Assembly: GCA_043228905.1 (NCBI GenBank)
Contig: JBHGNT010000015.1
Span: 13,082,001 to 13,146,000 of the forward strand
Direction of reading: 5' to 3'
Length of the DNA stretch: 64,000 nt
DNA from: Azolla caroliniana
Lineage: Eukaryota; Plantae; Polypodiophyta
A program made the translations under genes and the position numbers. Position 1 is the first letter of the stretch. Every line of letters begins with the position of its first letter. Positions 11,342 through 26,100 of the stretch are shown one piece after another. The notes under the pieces were generated by a model. That model was not told the origin of the DNA and made no database searches. It saw only the letters and a list, made by a program, of their open reading frames with translations.

Positions 11342-14300
11342 ATCTCTATTTTGTATATTGCCAAGCCTACACATTGAATGTTTACTTTGCACATTTTGAA
11401 ATTATACGAAAACGTTATATACTCGTGCGATATGAATCAATACATAAATCTTTTCCAACTTGTTGTAGAGGTTTCTTATTTGAGTTGCCTATTCCTAATT
11501 ATCATTTTCTCTTTAACGTGTTGATGGAGTCTGTTATTATCGTTTTGTATGCGAAGTTATCATTTTATCCTAAAGAATCATACCCAATCAAGAATGATCG
11601 ATTTGGACTAAAAGTTATGATTTTATCCTCAGGATATATAACCAATCGTGAAAGTTCACGACTTATTATGGGTAAGTAGTTTACCTTTTGTTTTAATTTT
11701 TTCTATATGAAGTAAACCCAATCACGAAGGATGGTTTTGATCTATAAGTGATCAATCTATTCTCATGAAATATGCCCAATCATGAATGCTTATTTTCCTT
11801 TCCGAAGTTAATAATTTATTCTCAACAAGTATACCCAATCATGAATGGTCATGTTTGGTTTCCTTTATTCAATTCGAAGTTATCACCTTGTAATCGAAGG
11901 AAACCAAATCCTGAAAGATAATTTCATACGAGAAGGTATATATTTAATATCCATTTCAGACAATCTTGAAAGATATGTCTAGATTATAACTTACAATAAT
12001 CTCGTCTTAATATGCGGCAACATACATACTTTTGTTTTAAATTTTTCTAGTCATCATCAAGAAACTTTATGGGTATTCAAATGGTGAAGTCATTAGGGAG
12101 CTTCGGAAATACTAACGAAGACCAATTGTTTGTGGCCAATGGAGGTTTCGAACCTGCGACCTTCGCGTTATTAGCTCGACGCTCTAACCAACTGAGCTAA
12201 TTGGCCATGTCCATTTTGAATATTTCCTGGCGTACACATTGAATGTTTCCTTTTCACATTTTGAAAGTATAGGAACGCGTTATATACTCAATGGCCAATC
12301 TGGAAAGTTATATGAGAAGTTATATATTTAATCTCAATTTTAGCCAATCTTGAAAGATATGTTTGGATTACAAGTTACAATTTTAAGCTAAACGAGCATG
12401 ACCAATCGACAATAATCTCTTCTTAATATGCGGCAACATACATACTTTTGTTTTAAATTTTCTAGTCGTCGTCAACAAACTTTATAGCTATTCGAATGCT
12501 GAAGTCATTACAGAGCTTGGGAAATAGTAACGAAGACCAATTGATTCGGGGCAATGGAGGTTTCGACCCGGCGACCTTCGCGTTATTCGCACGACGCTCT
12601 AACCAACTGAGCTAATTGGCCATGTCAATTTTGTATATTGCCAAGCCTACACATTGAATGTTCCCTTTTCAAATTTTGAAAGTATACGAACACGTTATAT
12701 ACTCAATGGCCAATCTGGAAAGTTATATGAGAAGTTATATATTTAATCTCAATTTTAGCCAATCTTGAAAGATATGTTTGGATTAGAAGTTACAATTTTA
12801 TGCTAAACGAGCATGACCAATCGACAATATTCTCGTCTTAATATGAGGCAACATACATACTTTTGTTTTAAATTTTTCTAGTCGTCGTCAAAAAACTTTA
12901 TGGCTATTCGAATGGTGAAGTTGTTAGGGAGCTTCGGAAATACTGATGAAGACCAATTGATTGTGGGCAATGGAGGTTTCGAACCTGCAACCTTCGCGTT
13001 ATTAGCACGACGCTCTAACCAACTGAGCTAATTGGCCATGTATATTTTGTATATTGCCAAGCCTACACATTGAATGTTTCCTTTTCAAATTATGAAAGTA
13101 TACGAACACGTTATATACTCAATGGCCCATCTGGAAAGTTATATGAGAAGTTATATATTTAATCTCAATTTTAGCCAATCTTGAAAGATATGTTTGGATT
13201 ACAACTTACAATTTTATGCTAAACGACCATGACCAATCGACAATAATCTCGTCTTAATATGCGGCAACATACATACTTTTGTTTTAAATTTTTCTAGTCG
13301 TCGTCAAGAAACTTTATGGCTATTCGAATGGTGAAGTTGTTAGGGATCTTCGAAAATACAGATGAAGACCAATTGATTGTGGCCAATGGAGGTTTTGAAC
13401 CTGCAACCTTCGCGTTATTAGCACGACGCTCTAACCAACTGAGCTAATTGGCCATGTCTATTTTGTATATTGCCAAGCCTGCGCATTGAATGTTTCCTTT
13501 TCAAATTTTGAAAGTATACGAACACGTTATATACTCAATGGCCAATCTGGAAAGTTATATGAGAAGTTATATATTTAATCTCAATTTTAGCCAATCTTGA
13601 AAGATATGTTTGGATTACAAGTTACAATTTTATGCTAAACGAGCATAACCAATCGACAATAATCTCGTCTTAATATGAGGCAACATACATACTTTTGTTT
13701 TAAATTTTTCTAGTTGTCGTCAAGAAACTTTATGGATATTCGAATGGTGAAGTTGTTAGGGAGCTTCGGAAATACTAATGACGACCAATTGATTGTGGCC
13801 AATGGAGGTTTCGAACCTGCGACATTCGCGTTATTAGCACGACGCTCTAACCAGCAGAGCTAATTGGCCAGTTCTATTCTTTATATTTCCTAGCCTACAC
13901 ATTGAATGTTTCCTTTTCACAATCTGAAAGTATACGAAGACGTTATATATTCAATGGCCAATATTGAAAGTTATATGAGAAGTTATATATTTAATCTCAT
14001 ATTTAGCCAATCTTGAAACATATGTCTGGATTACAAGTTACAATTTTATCCTAAACGAGCATGACCAATCGACAATAATCTCTTCTTAATATGCGGCAAC
14101 ATACATACTTTTGTTTTAAATTTTCTAGTCGTCGTCAACAAACTTTATAGCTATTCGAATGGGGAAATAGTAACGAAGACAAGTTGATTCTGGCCAATGG
14201 AGGTTTTGAACCTACGACCTTCGCGTTATTAGCACGACGCTCTAACCAACTGAGCTAATTGGCCAGTTCTATTTTGTATATTTCCTAGCCTACACATTGA

Positions 14301-16317
14301 ATGTTTCCTTTTCACATTCTGAATGTATACGAAGACGTTATATACTGAATGGCCAATCTGCAAAGTTATATGAGAAGTTATATATTTAATCTCATATTAA
14401 GCCAATCTTGAAACATATATCTGGATTACAAGTTACAATTTTATCCTAAACGTGCATGACCAATCGACAATAATGTCTTCTGAATATGCGGCAACATATA
14501 TACTTTTGTTTTAAATCTTTCTAGTCGTCGTCAACAAACTTTATAGCTATTCGAATGGTGAAGTCATTAGAGAGCTTGGTAAATAGTAACGAAGACCAGT
14601 TGGTTCTGGCCAATGGAGGTTTCGAACCTGTGACCTTCGCGTTATTAGCACGACGCTCTAACCAACTGAGGTAATTGGCCATGTCTATTTTGTATATTGC
14701 CAAGCCTACATATTGAATGTTTACTTTGCACATTTTGAAAGTATACGAAAACGTTATATACTCGTGCGATATGAATGAATACATAAATCTTTTCCAACTT
14801 GTTGTAGAGGTTTCCTATTTGAGTTCCTATTTCTAATTATCATTTTCTATTTAACGTGTCGATGGAGTCTGTTATTATCGTTTTGTATGCGAAGTTATCA
14901 TTTTATCCTAAAGAAGCATACCCAATCAAGAATGATCGATTTGGACTAAAAGTTATGATATTATCCTCAGGATATATACCCAATCGTGAAAGTTCACGAC
15001 TTATTCCGGGTTAGTAGTTTACCTTTTGTTTTAATTTTGTTTATATCAAGTAAACCCAATCGCGAAGGATGGTTTTGATCTATAAGTGATCAATTTATTC
15101 TCATGAAATATCCCCAATCATGAATGCTTATTTTCCTTTCCGAAGTTAATAATTTATTCTCAACAAGTATACCCAATAATGAATGGTCATTTTTGGTTTC
15201 CTTTATTCAATTCGAAGTTATCATTTTTTCTTCGAAGGAAACCAAATCCTGAAAGATAATTTCATACCAGAAGGTATATATTTAATATCCATTTCTGCCA
15301 ATCTTGAAAGATATGTCTGGATTATAAGTTACAATTTTATCCTAAATGTGCATAACCAATCGACAATAATCTCTTCTTAATATGCGGCAACATACATACT
15401 TTTGTTTAAAATTTTTCTAGTCGTCATCAAGATACTTTATGGCTATTCAAATGGTGAAGTCATTAGGGAGCTTCGGAAATACTAACGAAGACCAATTGTT
15501 TGTGGCCAATGGAGGTTTCGAACCTACGACCTTCGCGTTATTAGCACGACGCTCTAACCAACTGAGCTAATTGGCCATCTCTATTTTGTATATTTCCTAG
15601 CCTACACATTGAATGTTTCCTTTTCACATTTTGAAAGTATACGAACACGTTATATACTCGTGCGACATGAATGAATACATAAATCTTTTCCAAACTTGTT
15701 GTAGAGGTTTCCTATTTGAGTTGCCTATTCCTAATTTTACAAAATCGTTATATCCTCAATGGCCAATCTTGACAGTTATATATTTAATTTCAATTTTTCC
15801 CAATCTTAAAAGATATGTCTGGATTATAAGTTACAATTTTCTCCTAAACATGCATAACCAATCGACAATAATCTCGTCTTAATATGCGGCAACATAGATA
15901 CTTTTGTTTTAAATTTTTCTAGTCGTCATCAAGAAACTTTATGGCTATTCAAATGGTGAAGTCATTAGGGAGCTTTGGAAATACTAACGAAGACCAATTA
16001 TTTGTGGCCAATGGAGGTTTCGAACCTGCGACCTTCGCGTTATTAGCACGACGCTCTAACCAAGTGAGCTTATTGGCCATGTCTATTTTGTATATTTTCA
16101 TCTCAATTTTAGCCAATCTTGAAAGATATGTTTGGATTACAAGTTACAAATTTATGCTTAACGACCACGACCAATCAACAATAATCTCGTCTTAATATGA
16201 GGCAACATACATACTTTTGTTTTAAATTTTTCTAGTCGTCGTCAAGAAACTTTATGGCTATTCGAATGGTGAAGTTGATAGGGAGCTTAGGAAATACTAA
16301 TCAAGACCAATTGATTG

Positions 16318-16391
16318 TGGCCAATGGAGGTTTCGAACCTGCGACCTTCGCGTTATTAGCACGACGCTCTAACCAACTGAGCTAATTGGCC
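16318..16391 (-). tRNA. tRNA-Ile(AAU), consensus copy
   Basis: Identical to the consensus. Confidence 0.9.
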
Positions 16392-17149
16392 ATGTCTGTT
16401 TTGTATATTTCCTAGCCTACACATTGAATGTTTCCTTTTCACATTCTGAAAGTATACGAAGACGTTATATACTCAATGAAAAATCTTGAAAGTTATTTGA
16501 GAAGTTATAAATTTAATCTCAATTTTAGCCAATCATGAAAGATATGTTTGGAATACAATTTACAATTTTCTGCTAAACGAGCATAACCAATCGACAATAA
16601 TCTCTTCTTAATATGCGGCAACATACATACTTTTGTTTAAAAATTTTCTAGTCGTCATCAAGATACTTTATGGCTATTCGAATGGTGAAGTCATTAGGGA
16701 GCTTCGGAAATACTAACGAAGACCAATTGTTTGTGGCCAATGGAGGTTTCGAACCTGCGACCTTCGCGTTATTAGCATGACGCTCAAACCAACTGAGCTA
16801 ATTGGCCATGTCTATTTTGTATATTTCCTAGCCTACACATTGAATGTTTCCTTTTCACATTCTGAAAGTATACGAAGACGTTATATACTGAATGGCCAAT
16901 CTGCAAAGTTATATGAGAAGTTATATATTTAATCTCATATTTAGCCAATCTTGAAACATATGTCTGGATTACAAGTTACAATGTTTTCCTAAACGTGCAT
17001 GACCAATCGACAATAATCTCGTCTTAATATGCAGCAACATACATACTTTTGTTTTAAATTTTTCTAGTCGTCGTCAACAAACTTTATAGCTATTCGAATG
17101 GTGAAGTCATTAGAGAGCTTGGGAAATACTAACGAAGACCAGTTGATTC

Positions 17150-17223
17150 TGGCCAATGGAGGTTTCGAACCTGCGACCTTCGCGTTATTAGCACGACGCT
17201 CTAACCAACTGAGCTAATTGGCC
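17150..17223 (-). tRNA. tRNA-Ile(AAU), consensus copy
   Basis: Identical to the consensus. Confidence 0.9.
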
Positions 17224-20200
17224 ATCTCTATTTTGTATATTGCCAAGCCTACACATTGAATGTTTACTTTGCACATTTTGAAATTATACGAAAACGTTAT
17301 ATACTCGTGCGATATGAATCAATACATAAATCTTTTCCAACTTGTTGTAGAGGTTTCTTATTTGAGTTGCCTATTCCTAATTATCATTTTCTCTTTAACG
17401 TGTTGATGGAGTCTGTTATTATCGTTTTGTATGCGAAGTTATCATTTTATCCTAAAGAATCATACCCAATCAAGAATGATCGATTTGGACTAAAAGTTAT
17501 GATTTTATCCTCAGGATATATAACCAATCGTGAAAGTTCACGACTTATTATGGGTAAGTAGTTTACCTTTTGTTTTAATTTTTTCTATATGAAGTAAACC
17601 CAATCACGAAGGATGGTTTTGATCTATAAGTGATCAATCTATTCTCATGAAATATGCCCAATCATGAATGCTTATTTTCCTTTCCGAAGTTAATAATTTA
17701 TTCTCAACAAGTATACCCAATCATGAATGGTCATGTTTGGTTTCCTTTATTCAATTCGAAGTTATCACCTTGTAATCGAAGGAAACCAAATCCTGAAAGA
17801 TAATTTCATACGAGAAGGTATATATTTAATATCCATTTCAGACAATCTTGAAAGATATGTCTAGATTATAACTTACAATAATCTCGTCTTAATATGCGGC
17901 AACATACATACTTTTGTTTTAAATTTTTCTAGTCATCATCAAGAAACTTTATGGGTATTCAAATGGTGAAGTCATTAGGGAGCTTCGGAAATACTAACGA
18001 AGACCAATTGTTTGTGGCCAATGGAGGTTTCGAACCTGCGACCTTCGCGTTATTAGCTCGACGCTCTAACCAACTGAGCTAATTGGCCATGTCCATTTTG
18101 AATATTTCCTGGCGTACACATTGAATGTTTCCTTTTCACATTTTGAAAGTATAGGAACGCGTTATATACTCAATGGCCAATCTGGAAAGTTATATGAGAA
18201 GTTATATATTTAATCTCAATTTTAGCCAATCTTGAAAGATATGTTTGGATTACAAGTTACAATTTTAAGCTAAACGAGCATGACCAATCGACAATAATCT
18301 CTTCTTAATATGCGGCAACATACATACTTTTGTTTTAAATTTTCTAGTCGTCGTCAACAAACTTTATAGCTATTCGAATGCTGAAGTCATTACAGAGCTT
18401 GGGAAATAGTAACGAAGACCAATTGATTCGGGGCAATGGAGGTTTCGACCCGGCGACCTTCGCGTTATTCGCACGACGCTCTAACCAACTGAGCTAATTG
18501 GCCATGTCAATTTTGTATATTGCCAAGCCTACACATTGAATGTTCCCTTTTCAAATTTTGAAAGTATACGAACACGTTATATACTCAATGGCCAATCTGG
18601 AAAGTTATATGAGAAGTTATATATTTAATCTCAATTTTAGCCAATCTTGAAAGATATGTTTGGATTAGAAGTTACAATTTTATGCTAAACGAGCATGACC
18701 AATCGACAATATTCTCGTCTTAATATGAGGCAACATACATACTTTTGTTTTAAATTTTTCTAGTCGTCGTCAAAAAACTTTATGGCTATTCGAATGGTGA
18801 AGTTGTTAGGGAGCTTCGGAAATACTGATGAAGACCAATTGATTGTGGGCAATGGAGGTTTCGCACCTCCAACCTTCGCGTTATTAGCACGACGCTCTAA
18901 CCAACTGAGCTAATTGGCCATGTATATTTTGTATATTGCCAAGCCTACACATTGAATGTTTCCTTTTCAAATTATGAAAGTATACGAACACGTTATATAC
19001 TCAATGGCCCATCTGGAAAGTTATATGAGAAGTTATATATTTAATCTCAATTTTAGCCAATCTTGAAAGATATGTTTGGATTACAACTTACAATTTTATG
19101 CTAAACGACCATGACCAATCGACAATAATCTCGTCTTAATATGCGGCAACATACATACTTTTGTTTTAAATTTTTCTAGTCGTCGTCAAGAAACTTTATG
19201 GCTATTCGAATGGTGAAGTTGTTAGGGATCTTCGAAAATACAGATGAAGACCAATTGATTGTGGCCAATGGAGGTTTTGAACCTGCAACCTTCGCGTTAT
19301 TAGCACGACGCTCTAACCAACTGAGCTAATTGGCCATGTCTATTTTGTATATTGCCAAGCCTGCGCATTGAATGTTTCCTTTTCAAATTTTGAAAGTATA
19401 CGAACACGTTATATACTCAATGGCCAATCTGGAAAGTTATATGAGAAGTTATATATTTAATCTCAATTTTAGCCAATCTTGAAAGATATGTTTGGATTAC
19501 AAGTTACAATTTTATGCTAAACGAGCATAACCAATCGACAATAATCTCGTCTTAATATGAGGCAACATACATACTTTTGTTTTAAATTTTTCTAGTTGTC
19601 GTCAAGAAACTTTATGGATATTCGAATGGTGAAGTTGTTAGGGAGCTTCGGAAATACTAATGACGACCAATTGATTGTGGCCAATGGAGGTTTCGAACCT
19701 GCGACATTCGCGTTATTAGCACGACGCTCTAACCAGCAGAGCTAATTGGCCAGTTCTATTCTTTATATTTCCTAGCCTACACATTGAATGTTTCCTTTTC
19801 ACAATCTGAAAGTATACGAAGACGTTATATATTCAATGGCCAATATTGAAAGTTATATGAGAAGTTATATATTTAATCTCATATTTAGCCAATCTTGAAA
19901 CATATGTCTGGATTACAAGTTACAATTTTATCCTAAACGAGCATGACCAATCGACAATAATCTCTTCTTAATATGCGGCAACATACATACTTTTGTTTTA
20001 AATTTTCTAGTCGTCGTCAACAAACTTTATAGCTATTCGAATGGGGAAATAGTAACGAAGACAAGTTGATTCTGGCCAATGGAGGTTTTGCACCTACGAC
20101 CTTCGCGTTATTAGCACGACGCTCTAACCAACTGAGCTAATTGGCCAGTTCTATTTTGTATATTTCCTAGCCTACACATTGAATGTTTCCTTTTCACATT

Positions 20201-22199
20201 CTGAATGTATACGAAGACGTTATATACTGAATGGCCAATCTGCAAAGTTATATGAGAAGTTATATATTTAATCTCATATTAAGCCAATCTTGAAACATAT
20301 ATCTGGATTACAAGTTACAATTTTATCCTAAACGTGCATGACCAATCGACAATAATGTCTTCTGAATATGCGGCAACATATATACTTTTGTTTTAAATCT
20401 TTCTAGTCGTCGTCAACAAACTTTATAGCTATTCGAATGGTGAAGTCATTAGAGAGCTTGGTAAATAGTAACGAAGACCAGTTGGTTCTGGCCAATGGAG
20501 GTTTCGAACCTGTGACCTTCGCGTTATTAGCACGACGCTCTAACCAACTGAGGTAATTGGCCATGTCTATTTTGTATATTGCCAAGCCTACATATTGAAT
20601 GTTTACTTTGCACATTTTGAAAGTATACGAAAACGTTATATACTCGTGCGATATGAATGAATACATAAATCTTTTCCAACTTGTTGTAGAGGTTTCCTAT
20701 TTGAGTTCCTATTTCTAATTATCATTTTCTATTTAACGTGTCGATGGAGTCTGTTATTATCGTTTTGTATGCGAAGTTATCATTTTATCCTAAAGAAGCA
20801 TACCCAATCAAGAATGATCGATTTGGACTAAAAGTTATGATATTATCCTCAGGATATATACCCAATCGTGAAAGTTCACGACTTATTCCGGGTTAGTAGT
20901 TTACCTTTTGTTTTAATTTTGTTTATATCAAGTAAACCCAATCGCGAAGGATGGTTTTGATCTATAAGTGATCAATTTATTCTCATGAAATATCCCCAAT
21001 CATGAATGCTTATTTTCCTTTCCGAAGTTAATAATTTATTCTCAACAAGTATACCCAATAATGAATGGTCATTTTTGGTTTCCTTTATTCAATTCGAAGT
21101 TATCATTTTTTCTTCGAAGGAAACCAAATCCTGAAAGATAATTTCATACCAGAAGGTATATATTTAATATCCATTTCTGCCAATCTTGAAAGATATGTCT
21201 GGATTATAAGTTACAATTTTATCCTAAATGTGCATAACCAATCGACAATAATCTCTTCTTAATATGCGGCAACATACATACTTTTGTTTAAAATTTTTCT
21301 AGTCGTCATCAAGATACTTTATGGCTATTCAAATGGTGAAGTCATTAGGGAGCTTCGGAAATACTAACGAAGACCAATTGTTTGTGGCCAATGGAGGTTT
21401 CGAACCTACGACCTTCGCGTTATTAGCACGACGCTCTAACCAACTGAGCTAATTGGCCATCTCTATTTTGTATATTTCCTAGCCTACACATTGAATGTTT
21501 CCTTTTCACATTTTGAAAGTATACGAACACGTTATATACTCGTGCGACATGAATGAATACATAAATCTTTTCCAAACTTGTTGTAGAGGTTTCCTATTTG
21601 AGTTGCCTATTCCTAATTTTACAAAATCGTTATATCCTCAATGGCCAATCTTGACAGTTATATATTTAATTTCAATTTTTCCCAATCTTAAAAGATATGT
21701 CTGGATTATAAGTTACAATTTTCTCCTAAACATGCATAACCAATCGACAATAATCTCGTCTTAATATGCGGCAACATAGATACTTTTGTTTTAAATTTTT
21801 CTAGTCGTCATCAAGAAACTTTATGGCTATTCAAATGGTGAAGTCATTAGGGAGCTTTGGAAATACTAACGAAGACCAATTATTTGTGGCCAATGGAGGT
21901 TTCGAACCTGCGACCTTCGCGTTATTAGCACGACGCTCTAACCAAGTGAGCTTATTGGCCATGTCTATTTTGTATATTTTCATCTCAATTTTAGCCAATC
22001 TTGAAAGATATGTTTGGATTACAAGTTACAAATTTATGCTTAACGACCACGACCAATCAACAATAATCTCGTCTTAATATGAGGCAACATACATACTTTT
22101 GTTTTAAATTTTTCTAGTCGTCGTCAAGAAACTTTATGGCTATTCGAATGGTGAAGTTGATAGGGAGCTTAGGAAATACTAATCAAGACCAATTGATTG

Positions 22200-22273
22200 T
22201 GGCCAATGGAGGTTTCGAACCTGCGACCTTCGCGTTATTAGCACGACGCTCTAACCAACTGAGCTAATTGGCC
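22200..22273 (-). tRNA. tRNA-Ile(AAU), consensus copy
   Basis: Identical to the consensus. Confidence 0.9.
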
Positions 22274-23031
22274 ATGTCTGTTTTGTATATTTCCTAGCCT
22301 ACACATTGAATGTTTCCTTTTCACATTCTGAAAGTATACGAAGACGTTATATACTCAATGAAAAATCTTGAAAGTTATTTGAGAAGTTATAAATTTAATC
22401 TCAATTTTAGCCAATCATGAAAGATATGTTTGGAATACAATTTACAATTTTCTGCTAAACGAGCATAACCAATCGACAATAATCTCGTCTTAATATGAGG
22501 CAACATATAGACTTTTGTTTTAAATTTTTCTAGTCTTCGTCAAGAAACTTTATGGATATTCGAATGGTGAAGTTGTTAGGGAGCTTCGGAAATACTAATG
22601 ACGACCAATTGATTGTGGCCAATGGAGGTTTCGAACCTGCGACCTTCGCGTTATTAGCATGACGCTCAAACCAACTGAGCTAATTGGCCATGTCTATTTT
22701 GTATATTTCCTAGCCTACACATTGAATGTTTCCTTTTCACATTCTGAAAGTATACGAAGACGTTATATACTGAATGGCCAATCTGCAAAGTTATATGAGA
22801 AGTTATATATTTAATCTCATATTTAGCCAATCTTGAAACATATGTCTGGATTACAAGTTACAATGTTTTCCTAAACGTGCATGACCAATCGACAATAATC
22901 TCGTCTTAATATGCAGCAACATACATACTTTTGTTTTAAATTTTTCTAGTCGTCGTCAACAAACTTTATAGCTATTCGAATGGTGAAGTCATTAGAGAGC
23001 TTGGGAAATACTAACGAAGACCAGTTGATTC

Positions 23032-23105
23032 TGGCCAATGGAGGTTTCGAACCTGCGACCTTCGCGTTATTAGCACGACGCTCTAACCAACTGAGCTAAT
23101 TGGCC
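23032..23105 (-). tRNA. tRNA-Ile(AAU), consensus copy
   Basis: Identical to the consensus. Confidence 0.9.
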
Positions 23106-26100
23106 ATCTCTATTTTGTATATTGCCAAGCCTACACATTGAATGTTTACTTTGCACATTTTGAAATTATACGAAAACGTTATATACTCGTGCGATATGAA
23201 TCAATACATAAATCTTTTCCAACTTGTTGTAGAGGTTTCTTATTTGAGTTGCCTATTCCTAATTATCATTTTCTCTTTAACGTGTTGATGGAGTCTGTTA
23301 TTATCGTTTTGTATGCGAAGTTATCATTTTATCCTAAAGAATCATACCCAATCAAGAATGATCGATTTGGACTAAAAGTTATGATTTTATCCTCAGGATA
23401 TATAACCAATCGTGAAAGTTCACGACTTATTATGGGTAAGTAGTTTACCTTTTGTTTTAATTTTTTCTATATGAAGTAAACCCAATCACGAAGGATGGTT
23501 TTGATCTATAAGTGATCAATCTATTCTCATGAAATATGCCCAATCATGAATGCTTATTTTCCTTTCCGAAGTTAATAATTTATTCTCAACAAGTATACCC
23601 AATCATGAATGGTCATGTTTGGTTTCCTTTATTCAATTCGAAGTTATCACCTTGTAATCGAAGGAAACCAAATCCTGAAAGATAATTTCATACGAGAAGG
23701 TATATATTTAATATCCATTTCAGACAATCTTGAAAGATATGTCTAGATTATAACTTACAATAATCTCGTCTTAATATGCGGCAACATACATACTTTTGTT
23801 TTAAATTTTTCTAGTCATCATCAAGAAACTTTATGGGTATTCAAATGGTGAAGTCATTAGGGAGCTTCGGAAATACTAACGAAGACCAATTGTTTGTGGC
23901 CAATGGAGGTTTCGAACCTGCGACCTTCGCGTTATTAGCTCGACGCTCTAACCAACTGAGCTAATTGGCCATGTCCATTTTGAATATTTCCTGGCGTACA
24001 CATTGAATGTTTCCTTTTCACATTTTGAAAGTATAGGAACGCGTTATATACTCAATGGCCAATCTGGAAAGTTATATGAGAAGTTATATATTTAATCTCA
24101 ATTTTAGCCAATCTTGAAAGATATGTTTGGATTACAAGTTACAATTTTAAGCTAAACGAGCATGACCAATCGACAATAATCTCTTCTTAATATGCGGCAA
24201 CATACATACTTTTGTTTTAAATTTTCTAGTCGTCGTCAACAAACTTTATAGCTATTCGAATGCTGAAGTCATTACAGAGCTTGGGAAATAGTAACGAAGA
24301 CCAATTGATTCGGGGCAATGGAGGTTTCGACCCGGCGACCTTCGCGTTATTCGCACGACGCTCTAACCAACTGAGCTAATTGGCCATGTCAATTTTGTAT
24401 ATTGCCAAGCCTACACATTGAATGTTCCCTTTTCAAATTTTGAAAGTATACGAACACGTTATATACTCAATGGCCAATCTGGAGTTAATAATTTATTCTC
24501 AACAAGTATACCCAATCATGAATGGTCATTTTTGGTTTCCGTTATTCAAATCGAAGTTATCACCTTGTATTCGAAGGAAACCAAATCCTGAAAGATAATT
24601 TCATACGAGAAGGTATATATTTAATATCCATTACAGCCAATCTTGAAAGATATGTCTGGATTATAAGTTACAATTTTATCCTAAATGTGCATAACCAATC
24701 GACAATAATCCCGTCTTAATATGCGGCAACATCCATACTTTTGTTTTAAATTTTTCTAGTCATCATCAAGAAACTTTATGGCTATTCAAATGGTGAAGTC
24801 ATTAGGGAGCTTCGGAAATACTAACGAAGACCAATTGTTTGTGGCCAATGGAGGTTTCGAACCTACGACCTTCGCATTATTAGCACGATGCTTTAACCAA
24901 CTGAGCTAATTGGCCATGTCTATTTTGTATATTGCCAAGCCTAGACATTGAATGTTTACTTTGCACATTTTGAAAGTATACGAAAACGTTATATACTACT
25001 GTGATATGAATGAATACATAAATCTTTTCCAAACTTGCTGTAGAGGTTTCCTATTCGAGTTGCCTATTCCTAATTATACAAAATCGTTATATACTCAATG
25101 GACAATCTTGAAAGTTATATATTTAATCTCAATTTTTGCCAATCTTAAAGATATGTCTGGATTATAAGTTACAATTTCTTCCTAAACATGCCTAACCAAT
25201 CGACAATAATCTCGTCTTAATATGCGGCAACATACATACTTTTGTTTTAAATTTTTCTAGTCGTCATCAAGAAACTTTATGGCTATTCAAATGGTGAAGT
25301 CATTAGTGAGCTTTGGAAATACTAACGAAGACCAATTGTTTGTGGCCAATGGAGGTTTCGAACCTGCGACCTTCACGTTATTAGCACGACGCTTTAACCA
25401 ACTGAGCTTATTGGCCATGTCTATTTTGTATATTTCCTAACCTACACATTGAATGTTTCCTTTTCACATTTTGAAAGTATACGAACACGTTATATACTCA
25501 ATGGAAAATCTTGAAAGTTATTTGAGAAGTTATAAATTTAATCTCAATTTTAGCCAATCATGAAAGATATGTTTCGAATACAATTTACAATTTTCTGCTA
25601 AACGAGCATAACCAATCGACAATAATCTCGTCTTAATATGAGGCAACATATAGACTTTTGTTTTAAATTTTTCTAGTCTTCGTCAAGAAACTTTATGGAT
25701 ATTCGAATGGTGAAGTTGTTAGGGAGCTTCGAAAATACTAATGAAGTCCAATTGATTGTGGCCAATGGAGGTTTCGACCCTGCGACCTCCGCATTATTAG
25801 CACGACGCTCTAACCAACTGAGCTAATTGGCCAGTTCTATTTTGTATATTTCCTAGCCTACACATTGAATGTTTCCTTTTCACATTCTGAAAGTATACGA
25901 AGACGTTATATCCTCAATGAAAAATCTTGAAAGTTATATGAGAAGTTATAAATTTAATCTCAATTTTAGCCAATCATGAAAGATATGTTTGGAATACAAT
26001 TTACAATTTTCTGCTAAACGAGCATAACCAATCGACAATAATCTCGTCTTAATACGAGGCAACATATATACTTTTGTTTTAAATTTTTCTAGTCTTCGTC

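Larger units (their letters stand above)
4140..24482. repeat. Higher-order repeat 1: 5882-bp unit, 12 tRNAs, ~3.5 near-identical copies
   Basis: Spacings 313+416+416+865+415+416+416+416+395+416+896+502 sum to 5882. ORF-track entries recur at exactly +5882 (5492, 11374, 17256, 23138). Confidence 0.95.
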
